A DNA stretch of 64,000 nt from Bilabrum cf. latius (lineage: Eukaryota), in contig OZ237763.1 in NCBI GenBank assembly GCA_965178125.1, positions 682,001 to 746,000 on the forward strand, given 5' to 3'. The translations under genes and the position numbers were made by a program. This document shows positions 13,501-27,031 of the stretch, piece by piece. Under the pieces are notes generated by a model. That model had not been told where the DNA came from. It was given only the letters and a program-made list of their open reading frames with translations, and searched no databases. Position 1 is the first letter of the stretch; the number at the start of each line of letters is the position of its first letter.

Positions 13501-16500
13501 CAAGCCTATCTTGGAGTGTGAAGTTCTTCACCAGCAACACTGGACTAACTTCCACCTGCACAGCCCTGCCGTGCATGGCCTCACGAATGTCATCGAATGG
13601 ACCGACAGGCAGACGGCCCTGGAGTCGCCGCACTGCTTCCACCCTCAGGTCATGCAGGGGATCCGAGGGGTGAGAGGGCGAGCGCAGCCACACCTGCATG
13701 AGATCCGCGGATCCGGTAGCCACCGTCTCATCTGCGTCTGCAAAGACGGGCTCCGCGCGCATGCCACCAACTGAAGCTCCCGATACGCCTGTGCTTGTTG
13801 CTATGGGCAGGGTCGGGCTGCTCGCAAATGGGAAGCGAAGAGCTCGCGGCGATGAGTCGTTCCCAGGCTGGATCCTTCGAATCGCACTTGAGGGCCGGCT
13901 GGCCTCTTCCAAGGCGAGGTGGGCCTCGTGCATGCCAACGTCCGTCCTAGTTGGGATCAGGTCGGAAGCCAGGACTGAGATTGGGAAGATTGCCTGCGAT
14001 TGAGCAGTTTGCTGCAGCTGCCAGTACTAGTTGGAGGCTCTAAGTAGCGCATCTGTGGGCGCGGGAAGCCACACACCAAGCTGGGTCCGGTTCAAGTCCA
14101 CTGCCCCGCGAATCTCTGGTGGCTGCTAGCTGTACACGGCAGGGTCATTCGTGGCTCTTATCGTGCTGCCTCTTGGTTCGAGATCACGCAGTTCAATCGA
14201 CATTGGTACCTGGACAGCAACTCTGGTGTCGCGTCGAGACAGCGTACCGCCTCGGGCAATGACTGCATCCAAGGAATCGAACCACGCAGTTTCGGGCTCA
14301 AGACTGGAAAGCAGATCCCGCTGCCCGCTCACTGCGAGTTCGAGCGCGAGCGTCTGCACCTGTGCGAGACCGGCGGTGCAATTGATGCTTGCATTTGCGC
14401 CCTGCTGCAGTGCAACACCAATCACTTCGCACGCCGTTGCTCCTCCACGCAGACCCAGCAATACGTCCAGCTGAACGGAGGGTGATGCAGGAGCCGGTGC
14501 ACCGTCAGACGAGGAGCCATATTGCTGTGCCAATCGTCCAAACAGTCTATAGAAGCTGCCAGTACCCAGGCCGATCGCAATGCTTACATTAAGCGCATGA
14601 CCAGGGCGCTCCCAGGCACCGGCCCATGGATCATGCTTCAGAGCAGCAAAGGCGAAATCAGCAGCCAAAGCAGTTCCAGATGAGGCATCGACAAAGCCTA
14701 CTATGTTCGATGAAACAACTACAACTGGCTGCTGGTGCTGCACCATGCTCTCGTTTCGCGACTCAATCTTCACTCGCAAGAAGTGGCTCGGCTACATGCC
14801 AGGCGAGGGCGGCTGGAATTCGAAGGGCTCGAACTGCCGGCTGAGGATGCCCGGAGCAGGTTGCGCAGTTGACCACGCCGAGGACTCTATCCCTAGTGCG
14901 CCTATAGGAAGCAAAGCCTCAGACACACCACGGGCACGCAGCAAGCCCCGCAGGCATGCAGCATCCCCCACAGCCTGCACGGCCATAGCAGTGGTCACGT
15001 CCCTCAGAGCGGCGAAGGGGCAGGTTCCGACGGCAAGAAGCAGATCTGCACCGCTGTGAGCCGTGACAACGGCACCATTTATGGCGATGCGGACTAGCTC
15101 TACACCTGCAGCCAATGCATCATCGATCACTGTCTCCAGCACCGTGCCTGGAGGTGGCACAACAGCTGTCACGGTTTCATTCAATTGGGATCCTCGGCTC
15201 AGAATGGCCTCGATGCTCTAACGGGAGGCAGCAAGCGCTGCAGCCAAAGCAGGCACAGAAGTCGAATTGGAGGAAACCGGACTTGCAGCCGAAAGGTCGA
15301 ATGCTGGAACAGGATGCACTGACAGCAGCTGCATGGATTCCCTGTCTGTCGAGTCGAGGTATACCCAAGACTAAGTAGCCCGGCGGGGAGTCTAGGCCTG
15401 GAAATGAACTATTTCCAGAGGTACAGATACAGTCAGTGTGCGACTCGCAGAGCGATTTGTCAGCTCTGTGTAGCCTCCGACGGGAGGGAACACGGCCTGA
15501 GATAGGCGTCTTGGGTTGGAACCGCCTGCACTCCAGAGCGACGCAGTGAAATTCACCGACGCTACGCTGTCTCTAGGCATGAGGCGGGACTTTGCGACAA
15601 GTTTGTCTTGTACCACGCCTTGGAACACACCCGCTGGCATAGACACGATGACACGGTCGTGGCTGCCAGATACAATCTCGCATGCGACGCCTTCAATGAT
15701 CCCGACGAGGTCACGGCCGTCGAGCCAGTGGGAGAGCCCTTGTCCTTGCACCTCAAAATCGACACGGGCGTCCAATGGCGGTACCTAGTACAGCAAGTAC
15801 CCTGCGACCTGCACAATGTACGATGAGGTAGCGGATGGCGTCGCAGAGGCCCACAGCGGCACCGTCAAGGCCAGAGCCTCCAACTACTCTCTGCTTTGCG
15901 TGACGTTCATGCGAAGGGTTGCCATGTCACCCGAGGCTGTCACCTGCCGCCACGCGTGGACAGTTCGGTTGTGGTAAACCGGTTCAAACTCTGTGCTACT
16001 GAGCGGGTCTACCTCCACCTGGATGCGCAGATCGGGACCTCTAGTCAAGAGGGGCTAAAAGCTTGAGGCATCAAGGAGGTCCCAGTCCCGGCCGCTTGCC
16101 ACGTAGCTGCACGGCACAGACGTGAACTCGATACTGAGATCTGTCGTGAACGTTGCATTACCACGCACCGAAGCACTCATGGCTGCCTCGGCCACATCCT
16201 GATCATCATTCAGACACTCGAACAGCTGACTAACTTGGAACGCAACGGTAAGGTTGCGGAGGATATGAGTTCGTTCTAGTCGTTGCGGTGGAAGCACCGT
16301 GCCGGCAATACCACGTGAGTTTGGGCACTGCAGCCGAACTCGGAGGTCATGATGCTGCAAATGGCTAGAAATACCTTCTCCCGACATAAACAGCAGCAGC
16401 CTGTCCGTGTCAACCTCGAAGTCAATCCGTACTGGGTCTGCTACAGGCAACGATACGCTCAATCCCGTGGACAACCGGCGATCTGCGATCACTTTGTAGA

Positions 16501-19500
16501 TTCTATCGATGAAGCGGCCACTCAGAGCGTATGGCAACCACAAATCCTCTGTGGTATTGAATGCCAGCTCGGGCTGAAGCGAGCGCATGCCAACTGACAG
16601 CGGCCGAGAAAACCCCAGGCACTGCTGGCCAAGCGCATCCACCCTCTGAATTTCTTGCTCCGAGATACTGTAGTCGCCGCTCAATATCTCTACCCCAGAG
16701 TGAAGCTCCAATTGCAGGAGATCAGCACTGACCGCCAGCCTGCCGCCCATTCTTCCTCTAGCCTAGATTTCGTTCAAGTCAAAGATATGGCCCGTCTAAT
16801 TCAGCAGCTGCCCGTCAACGCCCCCGATGCTGACGTTCTCTGCCACTAGACTGCCGATTCCGTCGGGTGTCAATGGAAGCATCCGACTCGTATTCAATTG
16901 TACGGAGGCAACGAGAGTGGTCCGGGACTGATTCCCCAGGAACAATCGGTCCGGACAGTGATCAGGCCCCCACGCAACACACCCAAACGGAAGAGTCTCA
17001 TTGGTAGGATACAGTGCTGCAGACGGCAAAGCTGACCACCATACAGCTTGAAATGCCCCGGAAAAGTTGCCTGCAGGCAGCTCTCCACCCCCGGGGAAGA
17101 CCAGCCTGGACAGCGTCATGGTGGCATCGCGTCCGTGCAACTCGCTAGGGGGAGATATCGCTACCTGGACAAACATGGCAGACGGAACGGAGCTGCCAAT
17201 GCTAAAACCTTCGCCCGCTAGAGGTTCGAGTGGGTCAAAGCTGGACTCATTGACGAAGCTGTCACGCAGAAATACCAAGGCATCACTTGCGTTCACCCAA
17301 TGCGACGAGTAGGACATCGCTTCCAGCACATCACCATCCGCAAGCTGCATCAAGAAGGTTGCGTATGGCGGCGGCAGAGGACCCGACTGAATGGTGTTGT
17401 CGTGTGCGATGTCATCGGGGCCAAAGGCTGCGTCAACGGGGACCTGCACCAGCGCCACTGGTGGCAGCTGGTCACCCGAGGCGGGCACGATAAAGCGTGG
17501 TCCCAGCAGTGCTGGGCGGTCTGCGGTAGCGTTCTTCAACTCGATGCTTTGAGGCTCTGCAGAGGCGTAGTAGCTTCTTACCACTGAGCACGCGGCGTCG
17601 TCCTTCTAGTTAGCCCATGTCTCCAGGTCTAGCAGACTCGCTGCGGGATACCCAAGCAGTGTCTCCGGGTAATCGCTAAACTCATCGAATCGGTACGACG
17701 CATTGGACGCGCGAGTGGTGTTAAGCTGCAGCTACAGAGGCATCGGGAGGGCATCTGGCCAGAAGACACACAGCGCAGCCTGAAGAGACGCGTTCGTGCC
17801 GAGCACTGGAAAATGCGCCACAGCCTCGTAGCTGAAGTGGGGGTGTACTGTGCCTGCGATGAGATCAGCTTCGGATGGGACCGCGAAATAATTGCCAGCT
17901 GCCTCCCTCTCAGCTAAAGACATGGCACGGATGATGTTTGGCACGTTCACAACCCGGCTTCCCGGGCCGATCCCCTGCACTGATGAGACCCAGCTCCTCT
18001 GCATAGGTGAGTCCCCCAGCTGCACGAAGGCCATGGCACCATCTCGAAGCATGGACACCACCGGCAGCTCGCCGCGGATGGCTATCCTAAGCTGCTGCGC
18101 GATCGCTTGCACACTACTCAAGCCGGCAAGATCCTAGCTGCTAATGGGAGCGCCAGACCTGTCAGTGACCAGCATGACCCGCGGCAAGAGAAGCTCTCCC
18201 CGCCCTAGGCAGTTGGTGCACTACACAGAATCGGTTCCAGTGGCCTGCGTCAGGTAGTGGAACGAGGCAGCGGGGATTCCGAACCCAATCAAGCTTCTGT
18301 CGCTGCTGGAATTCAGAAACAGTGCAACCCGCCTTCCCTGCACCTTGGACAGCCCGAACGCAGTGCCATCAGCACGGAGATATCCCCCGTGATGTAGCTG
18401 CGAGTTCAGCAAATCAGTGGCCGGCATTTCTGGAAGATCCTTGTACAGGTGCAGTGGATGCGCGCCATGCGTGGACTGAATACCCCACAGGCCACCATCT
18501 CTGTACGCAGCAAACTGCAACCGAGTCCATTCGCGCTGTTCACCGGCAGCTTCGATGCCAGGAAGCAAAGCCTGCACCTGCGACTTGTTGCCGTAGATGG
18601 ACCAGTCGACGGCCAACATCTTGCTGCGGCTCGCTATTTCCAGGAGCACTCTCTGCTGGGTCCCATTGGGGAACTGCATCGGCAGCAAGCAGGAGGCAGT
18701 CCCTCTTTGGCCACCCCTGGGGCACAGGATTGGCCACCTGTCGTACCCATCGACAGGGTCCACATTTCCCTCTGGGATGGCGTGCAGCTCCGGAGTGCGC
18801 TGCAGACAGAACGTGGCAGCCGAGACCCCCTTGAATCCTGAATTTGACTCCTAGTCATTCCCCCCAATCGCCACGACCCTACCCCCACCAATGTGCGTCA
18901 GACCGAAATTGGCTCTCTCCCCGGCGCCCACATCTGTGCCTCCGTCAGGTGCCAGCTGCTGCTCCCAGTGATGGCCATGATCCCAGGACCGCCAGCAATC
19001 TGCAAAAAACGGCTAGTTGGCTATCCCTGAGCCGCTGAGGATCCCGGCGCCACCACCTGTAGTATCCTTGCCCCCGCAAATCACAATACTACCATCAGGC
19101 AGGGCTGCCAGCTGTGCCCCCCTCCTCGGGGGCCAGTAGGAGCGATGATGTGCCCTGGCAGTCAGTCCAGTCTCGATCCATGTATTGCCAGCATCGAGCG
19201 AGGCAGCGCTGGCTGACGACAACGCCCTGCCGTCGCAACCCACGATGACCACGGCGCCAGATGAAGCAGTTATCGCTCTATTGTCGCTGCAAGTTCCAGG
19301 GGCATTGGACACCAAGTCCCATGATTGCCCAAGGTCGTCTGATGCATGCACCTAACTGCGCGGCGAGAAAGAGGGGGGGTCTACCCCACCAACGCACAGC
19401 AATCGGCTACCATCACTTCGGTTGACAGCAGCAGCCCCGAAGTACTGGAGGGTAGGCATGGAAGCTGTCAACGTTGACGACATGCCCTGCGCTAAGCTGC

Positions 19501-22500
19501 CAAGGTTCGTGCGGAACCCCCCGGTGGAATGCCCGAGGATTGCAAACAGCTGCTAGCCGGCGGGCCCATCCTCATCGATTGGTGCATTCCGTGGGACAGG
19601 TGGCAGGGTCACTAGGCTGCGCTGAGTAGCAGATGTCTCATCACCTTTTCTATACGGATAAAACGATTGACCATAGTCGTCGCTTCTAAGCATGCTATTG
19701 CCATAGGTCATGGGGGCACCACTGTCTCCATCCGTTGCAATTATCGTCCCGTTGGACAGCCCAATCGCATCGATAAATCGTGCGGTATGGCCTAATTGAC
19801 TGTAGTCGACCAACTCTTGCCAGTCTCCCCCATCACAGTTGCTATCAGCAGTCATGGACTCGGCTGTTGCACTCGCGATTCCTGCCCCTCTCGGCCTGCT
19901 GAATCTGGACACTGCAGTCCTCAACATAAATCGGGGAAAAGAGGAATTGCTGCCGTTACGTGAGGGAAACACGCGACTGAGATCCTCCCGGTACCGAGCG
20001 CCAAGGACTGACACTGGACGCATCTCTGCGACTGGCATATCATGCCCTCCTGGTGCAGACTGAAGCCCGGCCAGCTGCTCCAAATCATGGATGCTGCGGC
20101 GCCCCCACGAAAGCTATGCGAAACCGTCCTAGTTTGCCGAGAGTGAGCTTGCGTTCCCATTGCCAACCATATTCCCCAGCTCGAAGTACGTTCCATCGAC
20201 AGCATGTAGCTGCAGTCCTTCCGGCCATCGAGCAATCGGAGGCAGACTGTATACGGCTGCAAATCCCAGCGTTTCTGAAGCTACTGAAGCGCCAGGGGCT
20301 CCAACCAGCAGCAGAGGAGTTGAATCGATCGAACAATCGGTGAATGCGCAAGGCACAATCGCAACGGATCGGCCATACCGCAAGCCAGCAGCGAGATATT
20401 CCCTGGGTGGGGAAATGAGCCGAACGCTTCCAGGCACAACGAGGGCATGGTCGATGGTGGCAAGTGGTGATCCCTTCAATCTTCGTGAGAGAGACAAAGA
20501 TGAATTCTTGGTGCCTGACATTGCCGCGCTGAAACCCAGCGTGAACATGAGCACTGCGCCCTGGTTCTGCCTGTCAAACGTGGTGGGAAACTCGGCCTTG
20601 TACTCGGAATGGACGCGAGTCCCATCGAAGGGGGTCTAATAGGCCTAGCAGCCGACAGCGACCTCGAGAAGGCCGTCGCCGTCCAGATCTGCTGCAGACA
20701 CGAAGACACCAAAGCTGCGGCCATCGTGTGGAAGCACGCCAATGGGAAACAAACCACCCTTACCACCCATCTGAGGCCCAATTCTTCGGACTGCACTGAC
20801 CATCTGGTTCGCTTCGTAGGTGATCAAATACAGCGCCCCTCCATAAGCATCATTGGTAGCTGACAGCCACGGGACCCTATGTTTCTCTACGGTCGTTCCC
20901 AGGAGAACCTCGGGCTTGCCGTCTCCATCCAGGTCACCTGCACTCTCCAAAGCCATTCCCCAGTGGTCTGCTCCCGCAAATTCATCCACGAGACTATCAT
21001 CGGTGAATGAGGCGAGCTCGGTTTCCGTGGCGAGTCCAGAATGCTGTATCTGGCCGCCTGCTCTGAATGTGGCAGAAATGATACCCCCATCAGAGTTGCC
21101 GTTCAGGTCGAAAATCCCGACCACGACTCCCTCACTACAACCATCGCCGTCAAAATCTACCGCGGCAGCCGAATGACCAGCGTCTGCACTCGTGCTATAT
21201 GAAATCCCAGTAGAAAGCCCTAGTGAATTTGTGGCATGGCTCTTAGTTCCGCCCGCTCGGGTGTAGTAGTGCAAGGTTCCGTTGATAGGGGTACCGACTG
21301 TCGGCAAAGTTGATCCAGCATCCATGGTCGGGCTCTACGACACAGCGAATCGCCAGAACGCCCCTGCCTTCGAGTCCTGCAAGAGAGCACCCACGGTAAA
21401 CCAGACCGAATCTACAGGCAGCGTTGAAGCGCCATCCGAATTCAACCTGCACCCCCGAGTCACGGCCGCGGACGTGCTTATCTGGTCGAGATCTCTCACG
21501 TGCTCACCCTCTTGATCCAGCCCAAGTTGGGCCACCGCCATGCGCCGCACGCGGTAAGCGGCGTATCCCAGCCCGCCTCCATAGCCGTACACATCCTGCC
21601 GAAGCCTGGGCCCGGTACTCCGCCACTCATCGATGGTCTCACCCTCCCTGCGATTGCGCCAATCCAGAAACAGCACGTAAACGACGCCGTCCGCATAGGC
21701 ATCTGTTGTATCGAGGTCACGTACCTCCTTCCTCTGCGTTACGATCGCGTCCAGCTGTCCATCCCCATCGATATCAAACCACCTGGAAATTGATCCAAAG
21801 CCAGAAAAAGCCTAGTCAGTGTGTTCCGACTCGCCCGTGGCCAGCGCGGCAAAGTCCTTGCCGCGCTCGGCTCCCGCCCCCCGCCCAGCCATTCCCATCA
21901 GCCTAGCAGGCTCGACCTAAGTGGGACCCACCCACAGACAGCCCCTGCACTCGGCTGTCGCCCAGTCGAGCCCGGCTGTCCCCGCACCAGTGCTACCATT
22001 AGTAGTAGCAAACGATACTCGGATGGAGGCAAGGCCGGCCGGGAGCGGAGGAAGCTCGGCTGCAAGTGGTGCCTACGCTGGTCCGCGCGCGCTGCACGGG
22101 CCTGACGTGGGGCACTGCAGGCTGTCGTATGCTGCCTCCAGTACTGAGGGCAGCACGTGCGCTTCCCACCGTAGCATGGGACTCACACCAATAGATTCAT
22201 TCCTGGATTCCCCTACTGGCAGCTGTCTGGCAGGGGCGATCGGCCGCGCTTCTTGCGTCGACTGGTTGTACTGGCTAAAGGCCCAGACCGAGGACACTGC
22301 TCGAACCCATGGCTGCAGGGCCACCCCAGGTAGCAGGCTTGGTCCACTACCATGTGCGTGCCAGTCCGCGCTAAAGCATGCCCCCGCCAATTCCTGCGTG
22401 CTGCTTGCATCCAGCCTGCCTCCCTCCTGCAGCATGGCCTGCCCCGAGTGGGCGGCGAGGAGGGCCCGGGGCACCACGCACACCTCAACCACGGGTGCCA

Positions 22501-24691
22501 CCGAGATGCGGGGGCGATCCGAGAGCATGGGCGCCTGCAGGTTCATGGCGATCTGCTCAATGACCCACCTGGAGGCATGCAGCTGTGGCTCTTGGCTGGC
22601 ACAGCACAGTGGAGGCCTGTCTGGCCTGACCCTGGACCAGGCAGAGCCCATGGGCAGCACCCTCTGGTGGTGGGCGCCAAGCCCCTACTTTGGGCTGCTG
22701 CTTTCGACCAGCACCGTTGACTCCAGGTCTCGCCGGAGCACTGCTAGGGTTGTCAAGGATGCAAGTGCCATGCGGGGGGCACGCGTTGGCCCCCCAGTGC
22801 TGCTTTCTGCATTGGCAACAGGGTGGCCGGATCTAGGATAGCCTGCCAACGTGGCATTTTGCGCGCCCGCAGCCGGCAGCTCGGATCCAAAGTACACGGC
22901 CCTCTACCCAGACCACGTCACTGGATCCGATGCGTTCAGGAGGTCCATGGACATGAGATAGCTGCTGTTCCACCCATTCAGTCGCTGGAAGTGAATAGCC
23001 TCTTCCTCGACCGCTTCTGGCTGATGCTGTTGGTCATCCACAATCTCCAGCATGCCCACGGCGATGAAACCGGTGCTAGTTGCGGTCGGATCGCATGGCC
23101 TAGCCACTGCTATGCGAGTGCCTCCGGGGTACATGGACAGGGCAGGCAGTATTTGCATGTCGGTACCAAAGTGGCACTGCGTTGGCGGCGCTTCCACGCC
23201 ACCAACCCAAGCAGCCTCTCGAATGAATGCCCCAGGCTGGCTCTGCCCGTCTACCATGCCTCCAGCAGACAAAAAAATGACGAGAAGCCGGTTCGTACGA
23301 GAGCTAGCGACGATATCCGGGGTGCCGTCCCCATCCACGTCAGTCGAGACAAGGGCCCGGCCGATCCCCGCGTTGCTCGGGATGTCCGCACCACCGATTG
23401 TCCCGCCCATGGTGTCCGCAGAGATGTAAGAGAGAGCAAGTACTTGTGGCTCGGTACCTTTCTTGATCCAGAACAGGTATACTGCGCCCTTGGCTGAGCC
23501 GCAGCCAGGACATCCATAGGCCACCACAGACGACTCCGTGATGGACCCGCTTGGCATACCATCGGGAGGGGCCTGAGCCGTACCGCCGAAGGACTGGACC
23601 GGAGAATCTACGGAGGCCCAGCCCCGCGTCACGAATGCCACTTGTCCTGCGAGACTACTCTCCGTGACGGCTGGATGCAGCTCCCCGCTGAGCAGCAGGC
23701 TCGCCTCCGCCACCTGCCCGAACCGCCTGTGCACCACATACACGAGGCTTTGCTTGCGCACGGGCGAGATGCCCGGCACAGTGAACATGGTGACCACCAT
23801 CGCATCCGGGCTCCCGTCGCCCGTCACGTCCCCGATGGCACCCGCCGAGTGCGCCACGCCCGCCAGCCCCATTGCGGGGTCATCCGTCCTCCTGATCTCG
23901 TGCACTCCCGTGGTGAAACCCATGTACGGAGTGTCCCCGCCGGTGCGGCCGGGGACACTGGCCTGCGCCATGAGCGGTCCCTGGCCCAGTTCCAGTAGAG
24001 CTGCGTTCCCTGCAGTGGCGCTGATGATGAGCAGGTCGTCCACGGTGCCTGGGTTGGAGCTGCCTCCCGCCGAGCCCGTGTCTCCCAGCGCAACCACGAT
24101 GGAGTGATCTCCAGGCGTAATCGAGCCAGCGAAATTCGTGTTCAGGTGGTCCGACAGACCCACTGGGTTGGCCACCAGGCCGCTGATAGACGCAGGGGCG
24201 GGGTCGAACACCAGTTGGTTCTGGGGGGAGAGCAACGGGGTGGTGTCGCATTGCCCAAGGAATGCCTCTGCTCTCATCCACGGGCGAGTATCGCGGTCCT
24301 CAACCATCTTCGTGACATTCTCGCGCTAAGCAGGCGGCAGCACCAGCTCGGGGTGCAGGCGCCTGGGTGCCTGCACTCTTGCGACCGAAAGGCACAGCCC
24401 GTTTGCGATTCCAGATCGTGGCTCGTACTCCGCGACAAGAACAAAATCGTCCCGCCCAAAGGAATCGTCAAGCGAACTGTATCCCCCTATTCCTTCCCAA
24501 GGCGACCTGATTATGTCAAACGCGGCCGGCCACTGCCTATAGTCATTCGAGCCTTCAATCTCTCTACCGTCCAACTAGTACAGCAGCGTGAAATTCACTG
24601 ATGCACGGCAGACGTGCAAAGCCATGATTGAAAATAACAAAAGGGCGCAAGGCAGTATAGCTGCTTTGTGATCGAACGAAGCACGCAGCAT
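7547..24691 (-). CDS. Giant (~5,714 aa) intronless receptor-like membrane protein: signal peptide, FG-GAP/integrin-alpha-type Ca-binding repeats, BNR/Asp-box and Kelch-like motifs, Cys-rich region, C-terminal multi-pass TM domain
   Basis: All 25 listed minus-strand ORF pieces from 7838 to 24574 are in one frame and each ends in TAG. I read the gaps between them and found more TAGs (about 42 in total) but no TAA or TGA between ATG 24691 and TGA 7547. Motifs: GDVTGDG, DVDGDG, DIDGDG, DFDGDG, GDLDGDG, ADLDGDG; SDDYGQSF, SDDLGQSW, SWDHGHHW; CRPCPGGAVCPGG...PGYW; hydrophobic helices at about 8100-10390. Confidence 0.9.
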
Positions 24692-24965
24692 GGTTCACTG
24701 ATTGGTCTAGGTGCCCGACGAATAGCAGCGCCTGGCGTCACAGAGGTCGCAATGCTGATCAGACGAGGTTCATTGCACTCCAAAGCAACGATCGCAAACC
24801 ATCAATAATTCCCGCTTGCTGCTAGTGGAATGCCACATCTTTCTGCCGGAGTTCGTTCGTCGCGGTTTGTTCCGGTGTAGCAGCTGTGACCTGGACTGGT
24901 GAGCGACAACATCGGGCTCGTCTTGTGCAGTCTTTGCGTGCTCTGTCGGAATTATGTGCTCATCA
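24692..24965. promoter_or_regulatory. Short divergent intergenic region, candidate bidirectional promoter
   Basis: 274 bp between head-to-head start codons (24691 minus, 24966 plus). No specific motif identified. Confidence 0.35.
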
Positions 24966-26876
24966 ATGCATCCATCCCTACTGACCTAGATTGATGAGCT
25001 GGATCGGCGCTCTCGAGGAGTGTATAAGCGTGCAAGCGTGGATCTGGTGCGCCTTGCTACACTGCTTGGTGCTGCGTGTTCCAGGAGTGATGACAGGAAA
25101 TTGGGCGGCAAGCCGAATCTAGGAGACCGAATATCAGCGATTCGATAGTACATGAAAAAGCTCAGGTTTGGAAGCGAGTTCAGATCCCTTCATGTCGCTT
25201 CCAAACGGCTCCTCACTAGCCTCGACAACCACGACACTTCCAGTACAGCCACCATATGTTGCTCAGAGCACGAAATTGGAGCCACAGAAAGGCACTGGTT
25301 GACTTCATCTATATATGAATACTTGCGCGCATCTGGATATGCTGACTTGTCTGCTATAGCGCTGGAGCGACAGATTGGCAGTACAGCAAGCAGCAGGCCA
25401 CCAGCTGCTGCCATTGGCTCGCGTGGTGCTCATCCATCGGCAGCAACCGACCTAGCATCCATCCATTCTGCAGCTCAAGCAATTGGTAAGGGTCAACCAG
25501 CCTAGGCTCTGCTTTGGATGGAGGCGCACTCGGCCCGGGTGCCTCCAGAGGATCGCTCAATCGTGGAGGTGCAACTGCACGCGATCCGATATATCGCGCT
25601 GCTACGAGGGCAAACCGCGGACGTTCAGGCAAAACCATTTGCACCTTTACAACGCGGTGGGCAGCGACCCGTTGATGAAACTCTCGTGGACTTAGTTCGG
25701 CGCGCGCTGAACGACCGACTTTGGTCGTCGGAGGCTGTCGGACCTCGGCCGCAGCTGGGGCTGAGCGCCGACTCCTTCAGGCACAGTGGAAGTGCAGGCG
25801 GTAATGGAAGCACAGTGGGCTCTGACACACCCGCAGGCGTGCACCACTCGAACGGCTCCGAAGCGATGGAGCCACTGTCCCTGCCCCCCCCTCCCCCCAC
25901 CACTCCCTCTACTCCTGCTGCTCCACATCCGCGCGCTCCTGCCTCAGCCTCAAACGGTCACGGCCCCGGCCTTGGGGCACCTTTCAGCAGCAATGGAGCC
26001 AATGGGGGGTCCCAAGCAGCATCAGGCGGGGCGAAAGTGTCCAACGGTGCGAGGAACGGAACCTCAGGAGCCGCTAGCGCAGTGCCTGCCGCAGCACAAG
26101 CAGCGCACAAGAACGGGTCAATTGCTTCCAGGAGCGGTTCAGGCGGACCAGCACACAACCCGCTGAGCGGATCTGCCTCATCGGATGAACCGGCGTCAAA
26201 GGACCGATCACCGACTCCTCCCGGCCTGGGCACACGCATCGGCCTGGCATCACGCTACTACCGTGCCTACCTGGCGCGCCATGCACGGGGCCCCCAATCG
26301 AAGCTTGTGCGGCGACTGGCGGGCGCGGGGGCCTACGCCGACCGGCTCGAGTCGTCGCCTTACGCTGACTTGTGCTCAGACAGGTTCCTGCGAAGTGCGG
26401 GTGAAGCCTTCCTGGCGAGTGCCAGCCGAGCCCTTGGCTTGTCGCTGGACTCCGAGCTCAGCAGGGTGCTGAGGGCGGGGGCGGCCGTGGAAGAGGCGCT
26501 TCGGCGCGGGGCGGAGGGCCTCGGATGTTCCCCTGGCGCTTCCGTGGAGGGTCTGGTCGCAGGCAAGTCGTCTGAGAGGCCGTGCAGGACGCTCGGGCTG
26601 GAGACTGCTCCCTCACTGCGGGAGGGTGTGGCGGACGGGAGCGCGGAGGTACAGGCGGAGCTTCCCGCCGAGATGGTGACGGTGTCCACGGTCGTGTGTC
26701 CCATCGGGAGGCACGTGTGCTCGAGGGAGGACCCTCCCATGGTGCTCGTGTGCGGGCACGTGGTGTCCAAGGAGACGATGGAGCAGCTGGCGCAGGAGAG
26801 GGCGAGGGGCAGGATTAAGTGCCCCGTGTGCATGCAGGTGGGGCGGACCTAGGATGTGATCGAAATGATGTTTTGA
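24966..26876 (+). CDS. RMND5: RMND5/GID2-like RING subunit of the CTLH/GID E3 ligase (~636 aa)
   Basis: One frame from ATG 24966 to TGA 26874 with TAG at 24987, 25146, 25503 and 26850. LisH-like IYEYLRASGY segment. C-terminal degenerate RING: VVCPIGR...DPPMVLVCGHVVSK...IKCPVC. Confidence 0.8.
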
Positions 26877-27031
26877 AGGGTAATTTGAACCGTTGCATCG
26901 TTCGCACACTTGGTGGGCGTTGGGGCTCTCGCTTCGCTTGCACCACGGAACCTTCGGCATGCTTCGTTTGAACGAGAACTCAAGTTCGACGCGTATTATC
27001 TCACGGTTGTTGTTGATCGATCCCACTAGCT

